A stretch of 63,928 bases of DNA, counting the filler, from Nemertoderma westbladi (Eukaryota; Animalia; Xenacoelomorpha): the NCBI GenBank assembly GCA_032718475.1. It is 3 parts of 3 records of this genome, joined end to end, with 100 filler letters (N's around TTAATTAATTAA, not from the genome) between each part and the next. Parts side by side here need not be neighbours in the genome. Positions count along the whole stretch, not along the records: positions 1 to 30,303 come from JAUCBJ010006376.1; 2 more parts are not named here. The stretch is one strand, 5' to 3'. This document shows positions 1 to 12,400 of the stretch, piece by piece (the stretch's first letter is position 1; each line of letters begins with the position of its first letter). The position numbers and the translations under genes are program-made. The notes beneath the pieces are model-generated. The model saw nothing but the letters and a program-made list of their open reading frames with translations, was not told the origin of the DNA and ran no database searches.

Positions 1-57
1 TCTAGAAGACATTCTAATTTGGCGGGTTAAACTGCCAAAGGTCTGAAAGCGCGAACA
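1..57 (+). mobile_element. 3' end of an LTR of the BEL/Pao family (rest lies upstream of the window)
   Basis: Nearly identical to 32610-32666 and to the reverse complement of 19229-19285; ends ...AAAGCGCGAACA; not followed by the internal leader, so it is a 3' or solo LTR end. Confidence 0.85.
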
Positions 58-561
58 ACTGCTAACGATACGCGACGCACAGATGTTTCTGGAGTGGTGG
101 AATCTTCGTTGAAGCTGGCTTCTATAACCTTTTTTTTTACGAATTTTTTAGTTTCAAACTTGTTTGTTAAGCCTGCGATGTCCTTTTTGTCAGGTCGCCG
201 CACACCTGGACATAGGCCCATATGTCTGTGTAAATTTTAGACTAGTGAGTTTTTTAGAGTTTATCTGGTCGTCTGGTAAAATGTCTTTAAAGATAAAGAT
301 CTTCTGCTCTCCAGTATACATATTGTAGGAAATGTTCACAAGATGACATGACCACAAATCGCAATAGCAACACTCACAATAAACACATCAAGTTCTAGAA
401 TTTGGATGCAAAGATGCTACACTGAGACCATTTCGCGTCTTAACAAGGTCGTGGACAGCGTTGAGGTCTACCAACCTTAGTAAATTACTGGTATTGTACT
501 GTATAAACTCTGTTCTGTCAGGCAGGGCAGGATATGCCCTGCCCATACTTTATTACTAACA

Positions 562-575
562 GTTTCCATAGCAAC
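562..575. promoter_or_regulatory. Candidate RFX X-box
   Basis: GTTTCCATAGCAAC matches the palindromic X-box consensus GTTNCCATRGNAAC; lies upstream of the Kv-beta exons. Motif match only. Confidence 0.35.
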
Positions 576-1286
576 AATTTTTATCCAAACGTATACCAAT
601 GTCTAAGTTGGTCTCCTGCATGGCCTACTATATATACGGCCTAACAAGCTACTGCGGCCTCTTAAAAAAAAGAGGCCATTGTTTACATTCGCAGCATTAT
701 TAATTATTGACCTTATTTGAATAAGGTTTCAATATTATTCATATCCCGCGATGTGGTGCGAGCCATGCAGGTGGCAATCTGAGCATACAAGTACTGTTAT
801 GAGTATCACCGATTGTGGAGCGAGCCACAAAGACAGCAATCTTAGAATAAAAGCACTACTTTCAGGTGACACCAAGATATCAACTTTACATTTATATGAA
901 AAATGAAAATGAAAAGGGGGCAAATTTAATGGGAAACACTGTATAATAAAATAACTTGGAGTTTGTAGTCCTCGAAAAGCCACCATTTTCCATCGGTTTT
1001 TCAAAACAACTATGAACTATCAGTTCAATTTTTATATCATTTTATATTTAACATATTTTTGAATTGGATCCGGTTTGGTTATATATTAATGAAAATTCCA
1101 ACTTTTACTTTAAAAAATGTTTGCCTATAATTCTTAGTAAGTTCACATAAAATACCAAAGACGCAATTTTTTGTCTGATTAACTTCTACCATTCGTCTGA
1201 ATCTATAGGTCAAATAGGTTCTGAAACCAACCGAAATTGAAAGTAACCGACTTAGCTATATAGAAGTTGACATCGATCTCTCTCCT

Positions 1287-1299
1287 GTTGCTAGGTAAC
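1287..1299. promoter_or_regulatory. Candidate RFX X-box (13-bp form)
   Basis: GTTGCTAGGTAAC; motif match only. Confidence 0.3.
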
Positions 1300-1875
1300 C
1301 AACCATCGATCGAACTGCCTATTAATTGCTGTAACGATTATAGCCTATTTCCTATTGCGTATATAAACGTGTTGCTTATGGGAGGGAGGAGGGTAGAAGG
1401 GTTTCTGTCAATACTTGAGATGACATATTCCTTTTTATAAGAGCCATGCTGTGCTTTAATTGGAATACCGCCAGCTGTGGGTGGCATTGCTGCTGTTTGG
1501 GTTATTAGGGCCTTTACTAGAATGTTATAGTAAAGGAGAGGCTACTGTATACTCTCTTATACATTAAGTCAATGTTGACGGTGGTTGCTGGGGTGAGCTG
1601 CTTAATAGGTTTTTGTGTTCTACGATGCGAATATAACTTCCTTTGTATAAGTAAATATTGTTACCAACTGTTGTTATTTATAATAAAAAATCATTATAAC
1701 ATCAATTTATTAGTTACTTAAGTTTACTGTTTTATATTATTTTGCTGTTAATATTATGTTACAAATTAGAAAAATTTATAATTACAATTCTCTATGAAAT
1801 AATAATAATATAATCATAACCCCATTCTAGAATTTCCTTGCCTGTAGTATTTAATTTACTTGCTTGCTTAACTTA

Positions 1876-2046
1876 AGGTATATAGTGTTATGTACCGCCA
1901 CGTAAGGATGCAAGGCCGAAATGCACCCTAGCTGCAGCTGGTCCCTATAAACCCTTCGTGCCGAAACGAAATCTACCTTGGTAGGGGATCGAACCCTCGA
2001 CCTCTGGAGAAATGTGTATTCAATGCAACCGCTACACCAGGGTGGG
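1876..2046 (-). mobile_element. tRNA-derived SINE-like element
   Basis: Minus strand reads ...TGGTGTAGCGGTTGC (A-box-like)...GAGGGTTCGATCCCC (B box), followed by a non-tRNA body; no complete cloverleaf. Confidence 0.55.
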
Positions 2047-3315
2047 ACTTAGTTAGTTATTATAACTTATTAATTGCGAATTGCATCTGCTCGGTTTCTG
2101 TATTCAGCTAATCTAATGTTATATGATTGTTGGTTTTTAACGATGTAATGTAAGTAATTACCCTCACATAGAGTGAATGATTTGGGGTATGTGCCTTTAT
2201 TGTCCATCCGTTTCGCTTAAGGTATAGAAACAACAGGTGATGTCTGGAGAGAGTAGGGATCGGTGGTTCGTTGATTGCTGTTATCTATTGGACCCAGTTT
2301 TACCCCCAATTAAATGCAATATAAAATGAACTTTATGAATCCATCTATTTGAATTTATATAGTTTAGTTTGGTAACAATAATTCATTGATCTAAAAGAAC
2401 AAATAATATCTCTAATCGTATTTAATTTTATTTTTTATTCATTATTTTATTATTTTTTTTTTGTTTGCGCTAATATTTCGCTTGTGGCACACGTAACGCA
2501 TTTATTTGTAATAATAATAGCTTGGCCTTCCGAGAAAACCACCTAACCTAATTGGGTCGAAACATATTGAGATTGGATGAAACTTCTAGGTAGCAATTGG
2601 TTTTTAATTTTGGTAATTACGTACCTACTGTATATGTAGAGTATTGTACTAAACATGTTTGGCCAAGAACTAAAAAACATATACTGTATGTTGGTTAATA
2701 TAGTTAATATAGGGCGGTGTATGCTATCCAATATCTTATATATTGTTTATTATAACAATAAATGTTATATTATATGTTAATATAATATTTAATCTAATTT
2801 TTAATGTTCATATATACATTATATATTTTTATAATATTCTAAAATAAAACTTACTCACATATGGGTGATTCAGTGGTGTATCGTAGGTTGCCTGGCGACA
2901 AGATATTATGGCCCACAAATACCTGGGAATGGCCAAATAACGATGAGTCATTAAAAAAACGTATGGTCGCTAGGAGATTATCCAATCACACATCGGTATC
3001 GACTGGAAGGTAGAGACAGGCAGTTAATTTGGATTATACATATTTCTGTATTTGTATTTTGAGTACCGGTATAACGAAAGTAACTTTGGAATAAATTATT
3101 TATTTATTAATTGTATTTTAAACCCCAAAAGTTAAATGAATAGTTAAATAGTAAAAGTAAATGTCAACAAGTTTAGACCAATATATCCGAATATATAAGG
3201 ATATATGGAATGACAGAAAAATTGGAATAAAAAAAGCATGTTAAGCTAATTTATCAAACGTCAAAGTTTCGACGTTTTATATTAATATTTTAGAGGTTGT
3301 CTTTTTTTGTTTCAG

Positions 3316-3414
3316 TATATTTAAAAGTGGCATAAGTTACAGAAGTTTCACATCTATACCAATTGAAGTCCACGAGTTAAACCAAGTGAGATTGGAGCAG
3401 TACATGACTTACAG
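3316..3414 (+). CDS. KCNAB: Kv-beta probable N-terminal exon ([33 protein letters not shown])
   Basis: Acceptor CTTTTTTTGTTTCAG, open 99-nt frame, ends ATG ACT TAC AG|GTTGGT, phase 2 matching the next exon to give M-T-Y-R-N-L-G. Confidence 0.65.
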
Positions 3415-6400
3415 GTTGGTATAGAAACCATACTGTGTTAAACCAAGTGAGATTGGAGCAGTACATGACTTACAGGTTGGTATTGAAACATGGACTTACT
3501 ATCCAACAATTGTGTGAATGTCAGTGACATAGTCACTCAGTTAAAGATGTGAGTGAGTAGGTCAAGGCTTCCCAAACACACATCATGCATGAGATGACAC
3601 AATACGTCGATCCCATTGCATGACTGACTGCCGAGAGTTCTTTAAGCACTTCAAAGCAAGACATTCTTTACTGGCCTTTTCAACCAAAGTTGCGATTGGC
3701 TAAATTTTTTAGAGCTGCATCCCAGTGCTTATAGTTACTTTACCACATTAACTGTTCTCCACTTACCCTTGGTTCATTCCGCTCTGTCTTTGTGGAACGA
3801 AAATTCGATAAGCTGACTACCGTCAAGATTGCTAGGTCTGTTTTTTAGTTCGTGGTGTGGATGCACGCATATATACATGTAGCTACAGTACCGGTGCGTT
3901 GTGTAGGTAATAAAGTTAGTACTTGATAAATTTAATTTAATAATTAATTAATAATTTGTCATCGTTCCAGGAACCTCGGTAGGTCTGGTCTGCGTGTTTC
4001 CTGCATCGGTCTCGGAACCTGGGTAACCTTCGCCAGCCAAATAACCGACGAAATGGCAGAGGAGATACTTACCGTGGCATACAACCACGGGGTGAACCTT
4101 ATTGACACTGCGGAGGTGTACGCCGGGGGCAGGTGAGTTAATCGGTGTACGTCGGGGGCCGGCAGGTGAGTTAATCAGTGTACACCGGGGGCAGGTGAGT
4201 TAATCGGTGTACGCCGGGGGCAGGTGAGTTAATCGGTGTACGCTGTACGCCGGTTAATCGCATCCATACTGCAACAGACTGGACTGACTAGACCGGATAA
4301 CTTTACGTAAAAAAAATGTTATGCATAAAATTAAATTTATGCAACTATTTACAATCGACATGCTGTATCGCAGCTGCATTAAGAATTTAAGAATGATATG
4401 TCGGCTTTCCGTCAAAATTGAGCCGCCTGCGCCTCAACGCTCTATCACCAATGGCAATGACTTTCCCGAGATTATCCGCATCTTCCAGAAATTCAAGCGC
4501 TGTCCAATATAATTATTTTTATTCATGAGGCCGCCAAACACAAGTTCGTGAATGGGCTGGTCCTCACGACGAAAGCAATGTCCTGCGAAGCGGAAGCAGC
4601 TGTGTCCAAGGAGAGGAATAATAATGAGACACAGACACCCCCAATACCGATACTGGAAGAACAAGGAGAGGACTAATAATGAGACACAGACACACCCAAT
4701 ACCGATACCGGAAGAAAGGAGAGGACTAATAATAAGACACAGACACCCCCAATACCGATACCGGAAGAAATCTAATCGGCTCTAAAATCGGCAACGAGAA
4801 CTACCAAATGAATTACCATGTAAAAATTTAAAATTACTGTATGTAGCTAATTTATTTCTTTTTCTCAAATTTTCCTAATTTCAGAGCCGAATTATTATTG
4901 GGCCAGATACTTAAAAAGAACGGATGGAGGCGCTCTAGTCTGGTAATCACGACGAAACTCTACTGGGGAGGTCCGGCAGAGACCGAAAGAGGTCTCAACC
5001 GGAAACACATAGTGGAAGGTCTGTCTGAGTCACTCTCTCGGCTGGGTCTCTCTTACGTTGACGTTGTGTTCGCTAACAGACCAGATTCATCAACCCCAAT
5101 GGAAGGTAGGTTGGTTCAAATAGGTTATTCTTCATTTTGATAAATTAATTAACGCTACAGTATGTTGTTATTTAAAACTATATGTTATCTGTAATTTTAT
5201 AATCTAATAAATCTCCTCAGTTTTGATGTATAATGTTCATCGATGCGCGTCGACAGAATTCGCTTTCGTTCGTTGCTTTGTGGCTCAATCGAGGCGTATT
5301 TATTTACACGATGCAGACAACAACTGTCACTGTCTCCGGGTTTTACTTCACACATTTGTTTGTGAGAAACCGTATTTTGTGGGCGCTGCGACATGTTGTG
5401 AGACTGAATCTATTTGCACAGCATAGGCTGTGTCCTCAGACTGAAAGTGGAAACATTATTCTATTTCGATATTCTTATCAATCAGTTTAAGCTGAAACTT
5501 TGCAGATTTACCACACCATACAGGCGTTGCTGTGATGGTGTGGCTGCTGATCCTTAAAGCCGTTCTCCCTGTTCGTTGTTAGGCTGTTCACGTAACATCA
5601 GAAGCACTCATGCGCCAGAAAGGTGTGACAATTATTTGCTTAGAATGGCCATAGGCTTTCTAATAAATATACAATTTTCCTAGATAAATGTAGCAAGTCC
5701 ATTGCATGGCGGTGCAATTTACAGTAGGGCAGTTCGCGGGTTAAGGCCATGATACACCACAGGAGCGGCGAGCGGCAGCGGCGGGCGGCCGCGGCGAGCG
5801 GCCGCAGTGAGCGGCCACTTTTGGTATGATACACCAGAGGAGCGGCTAGCGGCGGGCGGCAGCGGCGGGCGGCCGCGGCGAGCAGCCGAAATGAGCTTGC
5901 CATTTTATATTCTAGAATTAATTATATAGATAAATTAAATAGTATTGATTATAAGATCTCCTCACTAGTGCAAATTGAATTACACATCCCCAAAATATTT
6001 AGTACATCGACGACTTTTAAATAACACCTTGAGGATAACTGATATTATTTATTCTAGAATGTTTGTGTTTTTACACATGATGCCACGAAATAGCCCTACA
6101 GTATAGTGGGATTTTCTTATGATACCGCGAGTCATTACCCCGATCCGCCCCAATATTTTAAAGTTATATTTTATTTATTCAAAAAAGTGCACAATAAGAT
6201 ATTAAGATATATTAAAATAACAATTACAAGATCTTTTAATATGGATGGTAGTAGAGGTGATAGAAGCAAAATTAAGTGATTGTTTTGTTTATCCTGAGCG
6301 TCTAGCAACGCAGCACAATCTCGAAAATAGTTTCCACGGCATCATATGATCGCCGTGCCTGACACCCCACCCCGACCATTATTTGCAATTAGGTAGTACA

Positions 6401-9400
6401 GTACAAATAGAAAGTTTTGCTAAAAACACACTAGTGCCTAATTGCATATAAATTACAACATTTCTGCAGTTGTTTGTGCCGAGTAAAAAAAAATCACGAA
6501 ATGCCCCCAGTCTTTCCTTTTTTCATGTGATCAGATCCAATCTTTATCATTGGTGAAAAACACAGAAGCCGCTCACTGCCGACGCTCGCCGCTCAAAAAA
6601 TAGAGCAAGTTCTAAAAGGGCAGTGGGCTGCAGCGGCGAGCTGCAGCGGCCATTTGTGGTGTATCATCACCCATAGAAAATAATGTGTTCTATTTTTAAA
6701 AAGTGGCCGCTTGCCGCGGCCGCTCGACGCTGCCGCTCGCCGCTCCTGTGGTGTATCATGGCCTTTAAATAGGTTTACCTCTGATTAAGGCAAGTAAGTT
6801 AGTTGTAGTAAACTGTAAGTACATTATATTGCCATTTGCTTCTGTCAAACAGACTTTTCTTTTTGTCAAAATAAAGTTATTTATTTACCTTCATCATACA
6901 ACCGCCGTTGATTTCTTTTCCTCTGAAAATAAACAATTAAGTTTTAATATGATTTATCTATTTTCTAGAAATTTAATGCAAAATTATATAAAATAATATT
7001 GTAAAATTTCTTTCAGAAATCGTCCGGGCGTTTACATACGTCATTGGTAAGGGACAGGCGTTGTATTGGGGTACATCTAGATGGAATACGATGGAAGTTA
7101 TGGTTAGTATGTAAATTATAATTGATACTGTAATTAACTATAATTAATAACAAATTTATAATATTTATTAACAATTAATCAAATTCTAATCAGTAATGCC
7201 GATCACAGACAAAGTCTGTAATGCAGGTAGAATTAATTCTAGAATTAATTCGCTTAATTATTACTGATTATTTTATCGCTATAAATTGCTAAATTTCCTG
7301 TTGAGAATATTAATATAATTTTATTATTTCGTGGCGGTTACAACTACTGAATTTACATCAGTTTGGGTACTACTACTACTAGGTCGAGCGAACTCGGACA
7401 GTGGAAATGAGATCCTTCCAGGCGTCCCGATTCTCCATAGTTGTCGCAATTTCGTTTCTCCCAAGTTCAGTATCCCTTTCAAGTTGATCTATATATGTTA
7501 TGGCAGGTCGTCCACGACTACGCTTTCCATGAGTTGGTTGCCAGAGAAGTAGATCTGGTATGACCTCGTCTTTACTTCGCCAGCAGTGCCCACTGAATCT
7601 TAATCTGCGTTCACGGAGGGTGGTTGATACAGGTGGTATTGTACCATAAAGCTCGGCGTTTGTCATGTGTTGTCTCCAGCTGATGTTTAGGGCTGCCCTT
7701 AGTAGTCTTGTTTAGCAACCATCAATTCGTTGTTCAAGTGATTTAGTCAGTGTCCAGGTCTCGCCCCCGTATAAAAATACACTTTCCACTGTGGCTCGAA
7801 AGAACTTAGTCTTCAGGTGCCTGGAGAGATCTGATTTCCAGATGGTATCCATTTTTGATAGAGCTACCCAAGCCTTTGCTTTCCTAACTTCTATGTCCTT
7901 TTTGCTACTCTCTATCCATGATCCAAGGTACTGGAAGTCATCGACCTTCCTTAGTTGATTATTATCAATGGTTGTCAAGTTTCCATCAACATTAAAGGTC
8001 ATGAATTCGGTCTTGGTAGCATTTATATGCAATCCAACCTCCTTAGCAGCCCTCTCCACTTTATTTAGTAGAAGCTGTGCATCTGCTAGCGTATTAGAGA
8101 GCAGGGCGATGTCATCCGCAAAGTCGGTGTCTGTGACTGTAGTTGCCGGATATCTACTACTTCTGCGTTCTTGAAGTGTGAATCCCAGATCTTCACCCTT
8201 TGTGGCCGTCCTCATTGCGTAATCCAGCACAATTACAAATAGTAATGGTGCTAACGTGTCACCTTGCAGTACGCCAGCCAGGATTGAGAAAAACTCAGTT
8301 TCACCATCTGGTGAGAGTACCTGCGCTTCTGTGTCACAATATAACAATCCAATGCCAGCAACAATTACTTCTGGTATTCCATAAGCTCTTAGGATTTCAA
8401 GCATTTTACCTCTATGGATGGAGTCGAATGCCTTCTTGAAGTCCACAAAAGTCATGACTGCGGGGAGATTCTTTGACTTAATTCCTTCAATCAGTCTCCG
8501 TAGTGCAAGTATCTGAGCTATTGTTGATCTACTTGGTCGAAATCCGTTTTGGCTCTTACGCAGTAGTTTCTCTATGTGAGGCCTAATCCTATATAGAATC
8601 ATTTTATTGTATATTTTGGCAGCTACCACAAGCAGACAGATCCCACGATAGTTTGTTGGTATGCCGAGGTCTCCTTTCTTGGGGAGAGGCTTTAGTTGAC
8701 CTTTAGTCCAAATTGGTGGTGGCTTTTCCCCTTTTAACATCCGGTTGCAAACATTCAATAATGGTCTATTTAGCACTCCGGTTTTCCATACCTCCGCTGG
8801 GATTTCATCTAATCCACTCGCTTTATTATTGGACATGCTTCTAATGCTTCTTTGGAGTTCGGCAGGTGTGAAGTCCCCTGTTTCTATAGGTAGTGTCTTG
8901 TCATATATTTTCCTTGTAGGGCTGACCTCGATGTTTGGTGGCTGCCGAAGCAAGTTGCTGAAGTGATTTTTCCACTTCCCAACACGTCAGTTTGGGTAAA
9001 TTATCATTTTATAGTATTCGTTTTACATCGGATTTCTTTGTTAATTAAGAATTAAATAGCACAGAGTGCCGGTAAAAAATAACTATTTATTTTACAAAAA
9101 GAAAGTACTATTTTTTTGTCCGACTTTTTTATCCGCATTTTCGAGGAATAGTAGAAGGTACTTGTCCAGTATGCGTACACCCCCCACCAAATGTTTTGTA
9201 CTAGCTAGTTTTTGATAATTTCTTTTTTTGAAATGTACCAAAACATGTTAGCTATTTGATTTTGAAAACAATAATATTCTAGAACTAATATTTTTTGTTC
9301 TAGAACATGCTTTAGACAAAAGCCTGCTTTGTTCTTAAAATGCATGGGATGGTTGGTATAAAATAAATAAAATAATTTATCCTTATTAATTACACATTGT

Positions 9401-12400
9401 AGTTACTAATTTAGGTAGGACAGTTACACCCATATAGAAATGCGACCGGTTCACCCAATACACCAATAATAAATTATAAATATACCGGTCGCATTTCTCT
9501 ATGGGTGTAACTGTCCTACCTAAATTAGTAGCTAGAGTGTGTAATTAATCATTGTGGCCGTGATGGTTCATGGTTAATATACACTACCCTTTCATTATTG
9601 TAGCGAGTGGTTAAAGACGGCCAAGTACTATAGGGTTGAGCACAGTGGCAGCATATGATGGTATTGACAGATGGGAGGCCATGAGGAGGTAAATTGCGGA
9701 CATACAAGGTATCAGGGAGTATTTCCAGGTCTATCTTTGACCGGAGCCACTAGCTGAATGGTTAGAGCGTCAGACTTCCGACTCGGAGGTCACCCCTGGA
9801 CGTCATTGCCGACTTTGCCATAGCTGTGCCCAACAGAAAAGTATAAGAATAAATAATGGGAAATCAACAGAAAAATCTTCTAGATCGTTCGTTGATTGGA
9901 TAAATATTTTATTACCGCATTTTTGGAATTTGGATTGGATAATTACTTTTTTGTCCGCATATACGGTCAAAAAAGTGTTTTATGTCCGCATTTTTGCGGA
10001 TTTTTAAAAGAAAAAAAAGTTGTAATTAATTCTGAATTTTAATCAATTTTTCAGTTATAATTAATTCCAGAACATTAATGCTACACAACATTAATCTATA
10101 TTCCAATTATAATTAATTATAGCACCATTTTCGTTAGCAGAAGTTATATAAAAATTCGTCAAAGTTATATAAAATTTTTTAAAAGTTCATTGAATAAAAA
10201 TTCGTCAAAGTTCATAGAATAAAAATTCGTCAAAGTTCATAGAATAAAAATTCGTCAAAGTTCATTAATTACAGTATTGTGTTTGGAAATACATAAAAAT
10301 ACATAAATACATAATTAGGATGACAATAATACATCGGATGACTTTGGAATTATATATAACTTTTAGGAATTTTGATACAACTTCTACGAGATGATTTTTA
10401 GCCTATTTTGAGATAATTTGCGAGAATTTTTATACAACTTTTGCTAACGAAAATGGTGCATTAAAGGTGGAACATTAATCTGTATTCCATTTATAATGAA
10501 TTCTAGAACTTTAATTAACATTCCAGGAAGCCTACACTGTGGCCCGCCAATTCAATCTAATTCCGCCCACGGCTGAACAATGCGAATACAACATGTTGCA
10601 CAGGGATGTAGTGGAGACACAAATACCTGAACTCCATCACAAGATCGGGTTGGGGTGTATAGGTTGGAGCCCTCTAGCGGGCGGTATACTCACTGGAAAG
10701 TACTGCGATGGGATTCCCTTCTACTCCAGGGCCGCCCTTAAAGTTAGTGCAATGTTTTGTTTATGTTTTAACAAAAATATTTTGGAATAAATATTTGGGA
10801 ACAACGTAAATTATACAATTTTGAAAAAAAAGGACCTTTAAACGTTATAAACCTGGTATATTTTATTTATGTATGTAGGCCTACCGTGTGAGCACAACGA
10901 GGTAGTTTTATCTTAATAAAACAAGATCATTATTAACGCTACATTAATACCCTTTTTCGAATGCTATGATGCAAGTACATTTAAATAGTGCCAACTTATT
11001 GGGGAACTGAACGGTTATTTTACCGAAACGGAGACTTTTGGGTATTTGATGTTGTTCTGGTTCTATCTTTGGTCACGATAGAAATTTTTTGGAATATTGA
11101 TGAAATTCATAACCATTTATTACTTAGGCCGCCGCGCCGCGTTTACAATACCGAGACAAAGTCAAAAGAAAATAGATATACAGTAGCTACAGTAGCAATA
11201 ATACATAATAATACATTATAATATAATACATAAGGGCATTCTAGAAAACATAAAATGTCACATTTTGTCATTTGACTTAAACTCAGTAGTGTGAACGCCG
11301 TAACGCGGTCGTAACTAATTACTGATAGGTATTACAAATAACTGGTACGGTAACAAAACATACACCTTAGCATACAATAAATAGTGATTGCCCACTGTAG
11401 ATTAATGTGCAATGGCGACGGCAAATACTTAGGCATGTTCTACAAGTCAGTGCAATGTCGTTGTTCTTTGCAGTGTTACAAGAATGCAACCAGAGAAAGC
11501 GTTGATAGTGATAAGATGATGTATTGTAATAAAAAATAATTATGTAACTCAATACTCATAAGCGTTATTATTATTATATGACGTAAAGAAAAGATACATA
11601 GTTGTAATGGAAATTATCTAATAATTATTTTTAGAGCTTGATTTAACTTTTTTCAATAAAATCTAAAACAATTGTTGATCAATTTTATTAGGGTTACGGC
11701 TGCTTAAAGGAGACGATACTTTCCGAAGAGGGGCAAAAATTCCAGCAGAAACTCAAGGATTTACATGAGATCGCATTGCGTTTGGGATGTAGTTTACCTC
11801 AGTTAGCAATAGGTGAGAGTGAGACAATATACATACAGTAGGCTACTCCAGTCAACCTTAAGGCCTGTTTACACGTGGCAACTTTTAGAGCAACTTTCTC
11901 GGCAACTTGTAGAGCAACCCAGGTTGCCGATCAAGTTGCTCCGTGTAAACACGTAAAAAAGTTGCCGTAAAAGTTGCTCAACTTTTACGGCAACTTGAAG
12001 GAATTTGCGTTGGCGAATTAAAGCGGGATAATCAAATTAAATTATCAAAAATTAGCTAGTAGATAAAATGACCCACTATTTTGCAGTCAAACTATCCAAG
12101 TTGCTCTAAAAGTTGCCGGCCAAGTTGTTAGTAAAGTTGCTGGTAAAGTTGCCACGTGTAAACAGTGATGAAATTTAGTTGCTCCAAAAATTTGCTAGTT
12201 GCCGAGCAAGTTGCTCTAAAAGTTGCCACGTGTAAACAGGCCTTTAGCAGTATATGACTAATAGACTGCTCATATCTCTAGGTTGAGAGGAAATTAGCTT
12301 CAACTACTGCCTGATGCTGCCTTATTCAATGTTAAATTATTTAATGTTCTGGAATATTTTGTTCCTTAAAAACTATTATTATGTATATTGAATTACGCTG

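Noticed and set aside
27-480. Minus-strand ORF interrupted by the LTR at 57
   Set aside because: No recognisable motif and frames upstream are broken; cannot support a gene call.
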